The notes under the pieces are model-generated. The model searched no databases and had not been told where the DNA came from. It worked only from the letters and a program-made list of their open reading frames with translations. A stretch of 63,143 nucleotides of DNA, counting the filler, from Octopus bimaculoides (taxonomy: Eukaryota): the NCBI RefSeq assembly GCF_001194135.2. It is 9 parts of 9 records of this genome, joined end to end, with 100 filler letters (N's around TTAATTAATTAA, not from the genome) between each part and the next. Parts side by side here need not be neighbours in the genome. Positions count along the whole stretch, not along the records: positions 53,022 to 63,143 come from NC_069001.1; 8 more parts are not named here. One strand, written 5' to 3'. The position numbers and the translations under genes were made by a program. Within the stretch, counting starts at the first letter, position 1. Each line of letters begins with the position of its first letter. Shown piece after piece: positions 62,991 through 63,143 of this stretch.

Positions 62991-63143
62991 ATGTGTGTGT
63001 GTATGTGTGTATGTATGTGTGTGTGTATGTATACATGTATGTGTGTTTATGTATGTATGTATGGATGGATGGATGTGTGTATGTATGGATGTGTGTACGT
63101 ATGTGTGTATGTATGTGTGTATATTTAGATACACACACACGCA

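Overview
Repeat-dominated, non-coding-looking eukaryotic DNA from a gappy draft assembly. The microsatellite density and the tRNA-derived SINE families point to a coleoid cephalopod, probably Octopus (inference). I cannot support any host protein-coding exon, and almost all long ORFs in the track are translated microsatellites or N-gaps. The one clear gene is a tRNA-Lys(UUU) with a canonical 19-nt intron (3316-3407). Mobile-element remains include: at least four tRNA-derived SINE families (dozens of copies); R4/Dong-like restriction-like-endonuclease LINE 3' ends, one inside an (AAT)n tract; two RTE-clade LINE fragments; Penelope-like (PLE) GIY-YIG fragments and LTR remnants, one with an inverted pair of minimal hammerhead ribozyme motifs; mariner deletion derivatives; a 654-bp MITE with GG-starting TIRs and a perfect 8-bp TSD; and an unclassified ~355-bp element present twice in inverted orientation. 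Eight TTAATTAATTAA islands and two exact duplications across gaps are probably assembly artefacts. All family assignments come from reading motifs by eye, without database searches.
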